Source: an uncultured Chloroflexia bacterium (GTDB taxonomy: Bacteria; Chloroflexota; Limnocylindria; Limnocylindrales; CSP1-4). Taken from it: a DNA stretch of 64,000 nucleotides. The translations under genes and the position numbers were made by a program. The stretch covers positions 2,144,001-2,208,000 of the forward strand of contig CAWHDR010000001.1 of assembly GCA_963828165.1 (NCBI GenBank). Direction: 5' to 3'. The notes beneath the pieces are model-generated. The model did not search any database. It saw only the letters and a list, made by a program, of their open reading frames with translations, and was not told where the DNA came from. Positions 31,739-43,054 of the stretch are shown here, in pieces. The first letter of the stretch is position 1; every line of letters starts with the position of its first letter.

Positions 31739-31824
31739 TCCGACGGTCCGTTCGGCCGCGCGAGTCTGCGATCCGACGGTCCGTTCGGCCCGCGCGAGCT
31801 GATCCGACGGTCCGTTCGGCCGCG
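31728..31824. repeat. 31-33 bp tandem repeat (3 copies) overlapping the glgC stop codon
   Basis: Exact core GATCCGACGGTCCGTTCGGCC at 31737, 31770 and 31801. Confidence 0.9.
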
Positions 31825-31902
31825 ACTCGAGTCGGCGGCCAGGTTCGTGGATCATGGGCGCATTGGCAGGGCCGATCGGCGTTTGGGCCGATGTATGCGT
31901 GC

Positions 31903-32067
31903 GGATTCACTGCAGGTGAACGCTGACGAAGGCAAGGGTCCCTCGCACCGCGTGTAGCTGCGCCTGAAGGCAAATCCTTCACGGCGGGTGAAGGGTCGGA
32001 CACGAAAGGGCAGGCGGCGCGCGGACAGAGCCATTTCGACTCGCAAACGTTCACCCACGCAGAATCC
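31903..32067. repeat. Intergenic palindromic element, family 2, copy A
   Basis: GGATTCACTGCAGGTGAACGCTGA (31903-31926), hairpin CCTTCACGGCGGGTGAAGG (31976-31994), CGCAAACGTTCACCCACGCAGAATCC (32042-32067); the same motifs recur at 58468-58629. Confidence 0.7.
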
Positions 32068-32127
32068 AATTCGGGCTGATGAGCTGATCGGCCGCGAATC
32101 CCCGCGGGTGGGCTAGACTCCGCGGGC

Positions 32128-32709
32128 ATGTCATCCGCCGACCCCGGTGCACCCACCGTGCACCCGGCCGACGTCGAGCGCTGGCTCGCTGACCTCGGCC
32201 TGGAGCCGGTCGAGCGAGCCGATCGTGACGGGATCACCAGCTGGGACCTCGTGCTCGACGGCCGTCGCCGCTTCGATCTCCGCGTGACGGTGATCCTGGA
32301 CCCGTCGCTCGCGCTCATCTGCTGGGCGCATTTCGCTCCCCCGATCAACGACATGTTCCGCAAGTCGTATCGGAAGCTGCTGCGCTGGAACGACGAATTC
32401 CCGTTCGCGAAATTCAGCGTCGGGGAAGACGAGCGGCCGCTGCTGGCCGTGGAGCTGCCGATCGAGACCCTGGCTGCGGCGGACGGAGAGGACTCCCTTG
32501 GCCTCGCCCTGACCCGGGTCGTGGGCATCGCCGACCGCCTGCTCGACGACTCGAAGTCGTGGCTGTGGATCGGCGGCCGCGCTCCCGATCAGGGCGCTCG
32601 AACACCACGCAACGCGGCCCTGCTCGATCGGTTCGCGGGCCGGTTGCCGGAGATCTTCGAGGACGCGCCCGCTGCGAGCGACGCCGACCCCACGGCGGTG
32701 TCGCGATGA
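32128..32709 (+). CDS. YbjN domain-containing protein
   Basis: SWDLVLDG, YRKLLRWNDEFPFAKFSV pattern; TAGACT -10 just upstream. Confidence 0.75.
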   Translation: MSSADPGAPTVHPADVERWLADLGLEPVERADRDGITSWDLVLDGRRRFDLRVTVILDPSLALICWAHFAPPINDMFRKSYRKLLRWNDEFPFAKFSVGEDERPLLAVELPIETLAAADGEDSLGLALTRVVGIADRLLDDSKSWLWIGGRAPDQGARTPRNAALLDRFAGRLPEIFEDAPAASDADPTAVSR

Positions 32710-34734
32710 CCGCCCGGCGGCTCCCGATCCTCCTGCTGGCGTTCGTGGCCGCCGTCGGCCTGCTCGGTGCGCCGGTCGGGCCGACCGCCCCGACGGAGGT
32801 CCACGCCGCCGTCCAGCCGCTCCGGTTCACGAGCAACGCCCGCTACGACGTCCAGCCCAAGCAGCGCCGCGTCCGGGTGATCGTCGACCTGCGGATGACG
32901 AACCCGAGCAAGGACACGCCGACCACCGCCTACTACTACGACAACGCCTTCGTCCAGGTCATGGCCGGGGCGAGCAGCTTCAAGGTCGACGGCCCGGGCT
33001 CCCCATCGGTTCGCGTCGTCAAGCGCAGCAAGCAGGACACCCAGCTGCGGATCGACTTCGGCGCGCCGGCTGACCAGCGGGAAGTCGGCCACATATCGCC
33101 TCACGTTCTATCTCAAGGACCCGGGTGGATCGGCGACCCGGGACCTGCGGATCGGCGACTCGCTCGTGTCCTTTCCGGTGTGGGCATTCGCCACGCGGGC
33201 GACGCCCGGCAGCACCGTCACGGTCGTGTTTCCGAGAGGCTTCGACGTCGAGGTCGAGGCCGGGAAGATCGCGGCCCCGACGACCGAGGAGGACGGCCGG
33301 ACGATCTTCCGTACCGGCAAGCTCGCCAAGCCCCTCGAGTTCTTCGCCTACCTCGTCGCCGATCGACCCGGCGCCTACCGTGACGACACCGTCGCCACCG
33401 ACGTGCTGGGGGCGCCTGTACAGATCAACGTCCGGGCGTGGCAGGACGACGAGCCCTGGGCCAAGCGGATCAGCGGCCTGCTCGACGTGGGGTTGCCCGC
33501 GCTCGGCACCCGGATCGGCCTCGATTGGCCCGAGTATGCCCAGCCGCTCACGGTCCAGGAAGCGGTGAGCCGCACGACCGGTGGCTACGCGGGACTGTTC
33601 GACCCGAGTGCCGGCAAGGTGGAGATCGCGTACTACGCCGACGATTTCGTCGTGCTCCACGAGGCGGCCCACGCCTGGTTCAACGGCTCGCTCCTCGCTG
33701 ACCGCTGGGCGAACGAGGCGTTCGCGTCCTACTACGCGACGATCGCTGCCGCCGACATCGACAAGAAGATCCGCGCTGACGAACTCACCGACGAGCTCGA
33801 GAAGTCAAGGATCCCGTTGAACGCCTGGGGACCGGTCGGCTCGGAGGACATCGCCGAGGAGGACTACGCGTATGCCGCCGCGCTGGCCCTCGCCAGGGCC
33901 GTCGCGAAACGAGCCGGCGACGAGGGCCTGCAAGCCGTGTGGCGCGATGCGCAGAGCGGCGTCGGCGCGTATCAGCCGGCCGGTGGTGGCGCCGCGGAGA
34001 CGATCGAGACACCGCCGGATTGGCGTGGCCTGCTCGATCTGCTCGAGGAGCGGACGGACGCCACGTACGACGACTTGTGGCGGACGTGGGTCGCGCGCGC
34101 CACCGATCTGCCGCTGCTCGACGCGCGGGCCCAGACGCGCCAGCGCTACGACATGATGGTCGTGGCGGCCGGAGACTGGAACCTGCCCCGCCCGATCCGC
34201 GACGCTTTGCGGTCGTGGCGCTTCAGCGACGCGGCCGCGCTCCTGTCCGACGCCGAGGCCGCCCTGGCGGGGCGCGCGACGGTGACGAAGGCCGCGGCCG
34301 GCGCAGGCCTCATCGCGCCGGCCAGCCTCCGGCTCGCGTTCGAGGACGACGACGGCTTCGACGACTCGACGGCCGAGGCGGCTGCCGAGATCGACGTCAT
34401 CGGGCGGTACGAGGCGGCGAGCGCGCTGCGACCGGCCGAGATGACCCCGTTCCTGACCCTCGGCCTGTGGGGTCTGGCACCGGAGCAGGAGCTGGCTGAG
34501 GCCCGCGACGCCTTCGCGATGGGGGATCTGGCGGTATCGGCGGCCGCTTCCGATTGGGTCGCCACGACATGGGCCAACGCGGAATCGGTGGGGCAGAGCC
34601 GGGCGCTCAGCATCGGACTGATCGTGCTCGCTCTGATCTTCGCCCTCGCGGTGGTCATCGAAACGGCCCGCAGGCGTCGACGCCGACGACGCCGGCGACT
34701 GATCATGCAGGCCCGGCCTCACCTCGACCCCTGA
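32706..34734 (+). CDS. Secreted, C-terminally anchored gluzincin (M1/MA-like) metallopeptidase; frameshift near 33065
   Basis: Signal peptide; GGYAG, HEAAHAWF...WANEAFASY; C-terminal TM followed by poly-Arg; ATGA overlap with the YbjN gene. Confidence 0.75.
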
Positions 34735-34846
34735 CCATTCCCTCGTCGGCGCATCGTCTACACTCCCGCCACGTCGGCCAGGGCGGTGCGTCGTCCCGGG
34801 GCGTCGGCAAGGTCCACCTACCTGTACCAGGAGCCGCGTCCGACTG

Positions 34847-35875
34847 ATGGGGATCCAGCGCGCTCGTCCCTCGCACGAGATCCTGTCCGGCGACTCGGCC
34901 GACGTCTATTTCGCGCGAGCGGACAGCATCCTTGCCGCCGAGGGCCTCGACCCGCTCGTGACGATGGAGGTCTTCACCCGCCACGAGGCCGTCCTGTGCG
35001 GCATCGACGAGGCCAAGAACCTGCTGGGACACGTGCTGGCCGCCGCGGACCCGAGCGAGACCCACCTCGAGTCGCTCGACGATGGCGACCGCATCGCGCC
35101 CCGCGAGATCGTCCTGCGCATCCGCGGGCGATACCGCCAGTTCGGGCTCTACGAGACCGCCTTCCTGGGCATGCTCGCCCATTCGACCGGCTGGGCGACC
35201 GCCGCGCGCGAATGCGTGGACGCCGCGGCTCCCCATCCGGTCATCAGCTTCGGGGCGCGCCACATCCACCCGGACATCACCGACGTCCTCGACTACGCCG
35301 CCATCATCGGTGGCTGCGTGGGCGCGTCGACGCCCGCCGGCGCGCGACTGGCCGGGCTCGCGCCGACGGGGACGATGCCGCACTCGCTCGTCCTGATCTT
35401 CGGCGACACCGTCGAAGCCGCGCTGGCATTCGACCGCCACCTCGGGTCGGACGTGGCGCGGATCGTGCTCGTCGACACCTTCAAGGACGAGGCCGAGGAG
35501 GCGTTGCGCGTCGCGCACGCGCTCGGTGACAAGCTGTACGGCATCCGGCTGGACACGCCGTCCGAGCGAGGCCGCGTCACCGCCGACCTCGTGCACGAGG
35601 TGCGGGCCCGGCTCGACCAGGAGGGCTACCAGCACGTCCGGATCGTGGTCTCGGGCGGACTCAACCCCGATCGAATCGGGTACTTCAAGGAGGCCGCCGC
35701 CCCGGTCGATTCGTACGCCGTGGGCTCGTACATCAGCGGGGCGAGCCCGATCGACTTCACGGGCGACATCAAGGAGATCGACGGACGCCCGATCGCCAAG
35801 CGCGGCCGGATCCCGGGCATCACGGACTCCCCACGGTTGAAGGCCGTGGACCTCTCGGCGTATCGGGAGCGCTGA
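34847..35875 (+). CDS. pncB: Nicotinate phosphoribosyltransferase (short type)
   Basis: ADVYF, ETAFLG, SFGARH, GTMPHS, LVDTF, GIRLDTPS, VSGGL, KRGR. Confidence 0.9.
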   Translation: MGIQRARPSHEILSGDSADVYFARADSILAAEGLDPLVTMEVFTRHEAVLCGIDEAKNLLGHVLAAADPSETHLESLDDGDRIAPREIVLRIRGRYRQFGLYETAFLGMLAHSTGWATAARECVDAAAPHPVISFGARHIHPDITDVLDYAAIIGGCVGASTPAGARLAGLAPTGTMPHSLVLIFGDTVEAALAFDRHLGSDVARIVLVDTFKDEAEEALRVAHALGDKLYGIRLDTPSERGRVTADLVHEVRARLDQEGYQHVRIVVSGGLNPDRIGYFKEAAAPVDSYAVGSYISGASPIDFTGDIKEIDGRPIAKRGRIPGITDSPRLKAVDLSAYRER

Positions 35876-35910
35876 CGGCGGCCCGTCCGGTTCCGTGCCA
35901 CCATTTCCTC

Positions 35911-36399
35911 ATGGACGACGAACACGGGTCGAGCGGCGAGCCCGGCACCGACGACCCGGCTCCCGAGAGCGCCTACGAGCTGCTCCAGCGCGGCCAGACG
36001 CTGCTGGACGGACGCCATCACGCCCAGGCGGCGATCGTCCTCGAGCGAGCCGACCGCGCGGAGCCCGGCAAGGCGTCGATCCTCGAGGCGCTCGGTCGGG
36101 CGTACTTCAACTCGGGCCAGCACGAGGCGGCACGAGTCACGTTCGAGCGGCTGCTGGAGGTCGATCCATCCGAGCACTACGCCCACTTCGCCCTGGGGCA
36201 GAGCCTCAAGCGCCTGGGGCGGCGTGACGAGGCGGGCACCCATCTCCGGCTGGCGGTGGCCCTGAGCCCGGGCTCGCGGCTATACCGGGACGCTCTCGCG
36301 CGCCTGCCGTCGGGGCCGAGCCGGCCACCGGGGATCCCGACTCGTGACCCGGACGGCCCCCCGAGGGGTGACGGGCCGGAGCCGAACGCCCCGGCCTGA
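35911..36399 (+). CDS. TPR-repeat protein
   Basis: EALGRAYFNSG, YAHFALGQSL TPR helices; CACCAT -10 six nt before the ATG. Confidence 0.85.
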   Translation: MDDEHGSSGEPGTDDPAPESAYELLQRGQTLLDGRHHAQAAIVLERADRAEPGKASILEALGRAYFNSGQHEAARVTFERLLEVDPSEHYAHFALGQSLKRLGRRDEAGTHLRLAVALSPGSRLYRDALARLPSGPSRPPGIPTRDPDGPPRGDGPEPNAPA

Positions 36400-36440
36400 C
36401 CCGACGCCCCGGCCTGACCCGCCGGTACCGGCCTGACCCG
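36386..36440. repeat. 18-19 bp tandem repeat spanning the TPR gene stop codon
   Basis: ACGCCCCGGCCTGACCCG twice, then CCGGCCTGACCCG. Confidence 0.8.
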
Positions 36441-36447
36441 TGGGGCG

Positions 36448-37610
36448 CTAGGTCCGACCGCCGCTGGGCAAGAGGCCGTTGCGATCCAGCTTGCGATAGA
36501 CGACGGCGAGCTCCGAGTCGGAGAACGCCCGCTTGGGCACGACCATGCTGACGCCCGCGGCGTTGTCGAACAGGAAGCACTCAGCGACATCGTGGACCTT
36601 TCGGAACGTCGACCAGGTCCTCCGTCCTTGGGTGACGTCGCTCCCGATCCGGATCCCATCGTCGTCCACGGTCAGGGTCGTATCGGCCCCGACAAGGTCT
36701 GGCCGCTTGCGAAACATCCACCACGCGAACGGCGCGATGAACCAGCCAGTCGCGATCGCGAGACCCAGGGCCAGGAAGATCAGGCTGACGAGATCGCCAT
36801 TCATGACCGGCACGATCGCCAGCACCACCATCAGCAGCCCGAAGAGGCGGACGATGTTGGACCGACGTGACAGCCCGACCGTGGCGCGAAGCACCTCGCC
36901 CATCGTCATCCGGTAGGTGACCGTCACCGATTCCCCGCCAGTCGTCGAGCCGTCGGTCGCGGCGACCGCAGCCGACGCATCGATGCCCGTCGTGTCCTGA
37001 GGACGTCGCAGCCGCTCCAGCCAGAACAGCCCGACGATCGACTTCGCGTCGCGGATCTCGCCACGCTCCGCCGCCGCGACCGCGTCCTGCCACGGGCGCC
37101 ATTCCAGGATCAGCCGCTCATCCTCGTCCGGACCCAGCCGACCGTCCTCTGCGGCCGGCTCCAGGTCCGTCGCGAGGTACAGGTGCATCAGCTCATCGGT
37201 GAAGCCCGGCGCGGTGTAGAACACGCCGAGCTTCCGCCACGTCCGGGCACGAAGGCCCGTTTCCTCTTCGAGCTCTCGCCGGGCCGCGATGTCGGGGTCC
37301 TCCTTGGTGGCGTCGTCGGCGACATCGAGCCCACCGGCGGGGATCTCCAGGAGTGCCGCATCCGCCGGCAACCGCCACTGGCGAACGAGCGCCACGCGAT
37401 CCTCGGCGTCGAGCGCGACGATCGCCACCGCTCCCGGGTGGCCCGCGATGTCCCGGACGGCGCGCGAGCCGTCGGCACGCTCGACGGTAACGATCCGGAA
37501 CTCGAGGAACGCCCCGCGATGGAGGACGCGGGTATCGACGACCCGTTCGACGAGATCGGCCCCGGAGGGGTCCTCCGGGGCCGTGGTTTCGCGTTCGGGC
37601 GGCTCGGGGG

Positions 37611-37614
<4 letters not shown>
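36448..37614 (-). CDS. NUDIX hydrolase (ADP-ribose pyrophosphatase-like) fused to a membrane YcxB-like domain; probable CTG start
   Basis: HPGAVAIV, LVRQWR, EIPAG, AARRELEEETG, YTAPGFTDE; two TM helices then VVPKRAF; frame open and NudF-like up to the CTG at 37614. Confidence 0.8.
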
Positions 37615-38741
<1,127 letters not shown>

Positions 38742-38880
38742 GGCGCGCAGTCCTCCGTCCCGTCAGCTCATCGCGGGCCCTTGCATCCTGCCGCCGAAGC
38801 GAACGTGGACGGGCCCCGTACGTGGCAGCGCGGGGTCGCCGCATCGTACGGTCCGCGTTCCCCGGGCGCAAGCCTCGGAC

Positions 38881-39288
38881 TCAGCCGGTCGGCAGGTGCC
38901 GTGCGATCTCCGCGAGCAGTGCGTCGACCCGCACCGGCTTGTCGATGAACCCCGCGCAGCCGGCCTCCTCGGCCGCGATCCGGTCGACCGGGAGGACGCT
39001 CGCGCTGACGAGCAGGATCGGGATCGTGGCGGTCGTTTCGGACGCCCGCAGCTCGCGGGCGAGCGAGAGGCCGTCGCCGTCGGGCAGGTGGCGGTCGAGC
39101 AGCACCAGGGCCGGCGTCCTCGCGCCGACCGCCGCGCGTGCCTCCGCGAGCGATGCCGCGATCGTCAGGTCGTAGCCGGCCGGACCAAGGATCGCGCGCA
39201 GCAACGCGGCGTTGCGGGCCTCGTCCTCGACGGCCAGGATCGGCGTCCCGGGGCGGCCCGTCGCGCGACCCGTCATCAAATCCGTCAC
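38881..39288 (-). CDS. Single-domain response regulator (CheY/DivK-like)
   Basis: AVEDE, LLDRHLP, VSAS, FIDKP; 4-bp overlap with the kinase gene. Confidence 0.9.
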   Translation of the reverse strand: MTDLMTGRATGRPGTPILAVEDEARNAALLRAILGPAGYDLTIAASLAEARAAVGARTPALVLLDRHLPDGDGLSLARELRASETTATIPILLVSASVLPVDRIAAEEAGCAGFIDKPVRVDALLAEIARHLPTG

Positions 39289-41891
39289 GACGACGCCCGT
39301 GGGCCCGTCGCGATCCGATCGAGCCAGCCCTTCAACGCATCGAGCCCGCTGCCGCCCCGCACGACCACGCCCTGGACCTTGCCGTTGATCCGGGCGCGCT
39401 CGCGGTCGTCGAGGTCGCCGCGGGTCGTCACCCAGATCGGGATGTCGGAGGTTGCGGGATCGGCCTTGAGCCGGGCGACCAGGTCAGGCCCGTCCGTGTC
39501 CGGAAGGATGAGGTCGAGCAGGATGAGATCGGGCCGCTCGTCGCGGGCCCGCTGCATGCCCGTCTCGCCGGAGTCGGCGACCACGACACGGAACCCATCC
39601 GGCTCCAGCTGCGCCCGATAGCTCGCGCCGGCGGCGGGATCGGCATCGATGACGAGGGCGGTCACGACCCGAGTCTGCACCTTCGTCGTGAACGTCAACA
39701 ACCCGAGAGACCCGAGCAGCGCTTCGCGCGAGACCGGCTTGACGAAGTAGTCCACGGCACCGAGCGCGAACCCAAGCGGCGCGTCGTCGACGACGGAGAC
39801 GACGATGACCGGGATGTCGCGGGTCTCCTCGGCGCCCTTGAGTCGCTGGAGGACCTCCCAGCCGTCGAAGTCGGGCAGCAGGATGTCGAGGATGATGGCG
39901 GCGGGTCGCAGCGAGGTCGCCCACTCGACCCCCGTGCGTCCATCCGCGGCGATCGCGAACGCGAAACCGGCCTCCTCGAGATAGACGCGCAGGAGCTCGG
40001 CCGCAGACGGGTCGTCCTCGATGGCGAGGACCAGTCGCTGTCCCGCGAGCACGGGTTCCGCCGAGACGGCAGTCGCCACCACTGGCTCGCGCGACGCCCG
40101 GCCGAGCGGCAGGACCACCGTGAACCGGCTGCCGCGACCCACCTCGGATTCGAGGTCGATGCTGCCGCCGTGGGCCTCCACCAGCTGTCGCGCGAGCGTC
40201 AGGCCCAGCCCCGTGCCCTCGAGCCCGGCCGCCGCCGCGGCCTGCTTGAAGGCCTCGAAGATCGACGCCTGATCGTCCATCGCGATGCCCACCCCGGTGT
40301 CGACGACCTCCAGCCGCGCGGTGCGACCATCGCCCGACAGCAGCACCCGCACCGATCCACCCTCCGGGGTGAACTTGATGGCGTTCGATAACAGGTTGAA
40401 GACCACCTGCCGGATGCGGCCCCGATCTGCCTCTACGTCCTGACGTCCGTCAGCCTCCGCGCCGAGCCGGATGCCTTTTCGATCGGCGAGCGGTTGCATC
40501 TGGTCGATGGTCTGGCGGACCAGCTCTTCCAGGTCGAACACCGTCGGCCGAAGGTCCAGCTTGCCGGCCTCGACCTTCGCGAGGTCGAGCACCTCGTTGA
40601 TGAGCTCGAGCAGGTGAAGACCGGACCCGTGGATGTGGCCGGCGAACTCCTCGACCGTCGCCGCTTCGTGCCCGTCGGGCGAGATCGGCCGCTCCAGGAG
40701 CTCCGAGAAACCGATGATCGAGTTCAGCGGCGTCCGCAGCTCGTGGCTCATGGCGGCCAGGAAATCGCTCTTGGCGGCACTCGCCGACCGTAGCTCGACG
40801 ATGAGCCGCTCGCGATCCGCGAGGACCTCCTCGCGCTCGGCCGCCAGGATCGCCCGGCGCGAGATGAGCTGCAGGACCGCAAGGTCGTCGGCGACGAACA
40901 GCGGGCTGCCCTCGACGTACAGGTCGAGGTCGCCGATGGACCGCCCATCCAGCGACAGGGGCACGCCGATGTGGCGCCAACGACGAGGCAGGTCCTCGGG
41001 CGAGAGCTGGGTGGGGTCGCTCGGGGCGCCCGCGGCGTCCTTGGGCCAGGCCCCGACGGTGATCCGCCTCGCTCGACCGTGGTCGTCGCGGACCGCGACC
41101 GCGGCCGCGCGTGCGCCGATCGAGTCGGCCGAGATCTGGGCGAGGAGCCGCCAGATGTCGTCCGCTGCGCCACTGGTCGGGAGCGCATTCACGCGACGGA
41201 CGAACTCGTAGGCGGTCGATTGCTGGCCAAGCCGATACAGGACCGCCGGCGGCTGGAAGGCGATCAGGTATCCGAAGGCCGCCGTCAGGGCCAGCACGCT
41301 GACCAGGGTGCCCGTCGAGTTGGTCCCCTCCGTGCCCGAGCCGAGCCCGCCCACGATGATCGTCAGCGCGGCGATCCCCAGGAGGGCTGTCGACACCCCC
41401 GCGATCATCAGTCGCGCTCGGGACGCCCCGGCCCGGCGGACGGATTCGTGGAGGAACCCGGCGGCGGCGACCAGCTCCAGGACGACGAAGAACGACAGGG
41501 ACGCCAACAGCACCGCCAGGATCGTCCCGGTGCCCGTCTCGGCGGCGCCCCGCCAGGCGACGACGATCGCGCCCAGTCCGAGCAGGATCGCGAACGCCGT
41601 GCTCGCGCGGATCAGCCAGTCGGGGATGGCCTCGAAGTGGCGCACGAGGTTGAGGGTGAGGACGGGGAGCGCCAGGAATGCCGCGAAGGCGCTGGCCGCC
41701 GTGATCGTCCGGAGCTCGGGCAGCAGCCTGCCGAGACCGGTGACCGCGAAGAGCACGAACACCGCGAAGAAGACCGTGACGACGGCGCGACTCACCGGTT
41801 CGCGACGGCGGCGGTATTCGTTCACGGCGATGACGAGGACGCTCAGGTATGCGACGCCGAGCGCGAGGGTCAGGACGTCTGCGAGGGTCAT
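39285..41891 (-). CDS. Membrane-bound hybrid sensor histidine kinase with two receiver domains
   Basis: Multi-TM N-terminus; AMSHELRTPL, NLLSNAIKFT, DTGVG, GTGLGL; two REC domains. Confidence 0.93.
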   Translation of the reverse strand: MTLADVLTLALGVAYLSVLVIAVNEYRRRREPVSRAVVTVFFAVFVLFAVTGLGRLLPELRTITAASAFAAFLALPVLTLNLVRHFEAIPDWLIRASTAFAILLGLGAIVVAWRGAAETGTGTILAVLLASLSFFVVLELVAAAGFLHESVRRAGASRARLMIAGVSTALLGIAALTIIVGGLGSGTEGTNSTGTLVSVLALTAAFGYLIAFQPPAVLYRLGQQSTAYEFVRRVNALPTSGAADDIWRLLAQISADSIGARAAAVAVRDDHGRARRITVGAWPKDAAGAPSDPTQLSPEDLPRRWRHIGVPLSLDGRSIGDLDLYVEGSPLFVADDLAVLQLISRRAILAAEREEVLADRERLIVELRSASAAKSDFLAAMSHELRTPLNSIIGFSELLERPISPDGHEAATVEEFAGHIHGSGLHLLELINEVLDLAKVEAGKLDLRPTVFDLEELVRQTIDQMQPLADRKGIRLGAEADGRQDVEADRGRIRQVVFNLLSNAIKFTPEGGSVRVLLSGDGRTARLEVVDTGVGIAMDDQASIFEAFKQAAAAAGLEGTGLGLTLARQLVEAHGGSIDLESEVGRGSRFTVVLPLGRASREPVVATAVSAEPVLAGQRLVLAIEDDPSAAELLRVYLEEAGFAFAIAADGRTGVEWATSLRPAAIILDILLPDFDGWEVLQRLKGAEETRDIPVIVVSVVDDAPLGFALGAVDYFVKPVSREALLGSLGLLTFTTKVQTRVVTALVIDADPAAGASYRAQLEPDGFRVVVADSGETGMQRARDERPDLILLDLILPDTDGPDLVARLKADPATSDIPIWVTTRGDLDDRERARINGKVQGVVVRGGSGLDALKGWLDRIATGPRASS

Positions 41892-42940
41892 CGGCGGCTG
41901 GAGGCTCGCAGCGCGGCGAGGGAGTCGATCCGCAACCGGTCGTCGGTCCCGTCGAGGTCGTTTCGCTCAACGATCGCCGCGAACCGTTCGACGAGGTCGG
42001 GATCGAAGTGGTGGCCGGATTGAGCGACGATCTCCCCGATCGCGTTCTCCGCTGAACCCGCGTCGCGGTACGGCCGGTCGTGGACGATCGCGTCGAAGGC
42101 ATCGACGAGGCCGACGATGCGGGCGCCGATCGGGATCTCCTCGCCCTTCAGGCGGTCCGGGTAGCCGCCGCCGTCCCAGCGCTCGTGGTGGTGCCGCACG
42201 ATCGGGGCGAATTCGCGCGAGCTCGCGAGGGGACGGCAGATCTGCTCGCCGATGATCGGGTGGCGTCGCATCTCGATCCATTCGTCCTCGGTCAGGGCGC
42301 CGGGCTTCTTGAGGATACCGTCGGAAACGCCGATCTTGCCGATGTCGTGGAGAAGGGCCCCGAACACCACGCCCTTGATGCTCACAGGATCGAGCTCGGC
42401 GGCGGTCGCGAGGAGATGGGCGAGGCCTGCCAGGCGCTGGCAATGATGCTCGGTCATCGTGTCCTTGGCTTCGACCGCATTGGCCAGGGCGGCCACGACG
42501 CCCTGGGCGCTCTCCATCTCGGCCATGACGAGGGCCAGGCGCCGGGCACTGCGGAGTCGCGCGAGCAGCTCCGCCTCGTGGAAGGGCTTGGCGAGAAAGT
42601 CGTCCGCGCCCGCATCGAGCCCAGCCACGACATCGTCGACCGACGTGCGCCCCGTCAGCAGGACCACGGGCAACGTCACCGTGCGCGGGTCCGCTCGCAG
42701 GCGGCGGCAGATCTCCAGGCCATCCATCCCGGGCAGGCCGACGTCCAGCAGCACGACATCCGGCGCCGTCTCGAGCGCGGCCTCCAGGCCGGACGGTCCG
42801 TCGTTCGCGGTGACCGCGCGGTAGCCCGCACGCTGGAGCAGCGCGGTCAGAAGGGCACGGTTCGCCGGGTCGTCCTCGATCACGAGGACGGTCGGCGCCG
42901 TGGGTTCGATGAGGGTTGCCGACGTGGCGGCGTGCAACAT
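41888..42940 (-). CDS. Response regulator with HD-GYP phosphodiesterase domain (RpfG-like)
   Basis: REC domain, then LHDIGKIG, HHERWDGGGYP, DAFDA, RPYR; start estimated from CACACT-7 nt-ATG. Confidence 0.92.
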   Translation of the reverse strand: MLHAATSATLIEPTAPTVLVIEDDPANRALLTALLQRAGYRAVTANDGPSGLEAALETAPDVVLLDVGLPGMDGLEICRRLRADPRTVTLPVVLLTGRTSVDDVVAGLDAGADDFLAKPFHEAELLARLRSARRLALVMAEMESAQGVVAALANAVEAKDTMTEHHCQRLAGLAHLLATAAELDPVSIKGVVFGALLHDIGKIGVSDGILKKPGALTEDEWIEMRRHPIIGEQICRPLASSREFAPIVRHHHERWDGGGYPDRLKGEEIPIGARIVGLVDAFDAIVHDRPYRDAGSAENAIGEIVAQSGHHFDPDLVERFAAIVERNDLDGTDDRLRIDSLAALRASSRR

Positions 42941-43054
42941 CGCGTCGAGTGTGACCCTTCCATGGTCCTCTGGGCAATGCACCATGGGTCCCGATTCGGC
43001 TTGCGAGTGCCGCACGAATCGGTTCTCGTGCATCACACCGGCGTGTCGGGGGCG

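Noticed and set aside
31728-31824. Three exact 21-bp repeats as a mini-CRISPR
   Set aside because: The intervening sequences are only 10-12 bp and similar to each other, and there are no cas genes. It is a tandem duplication.
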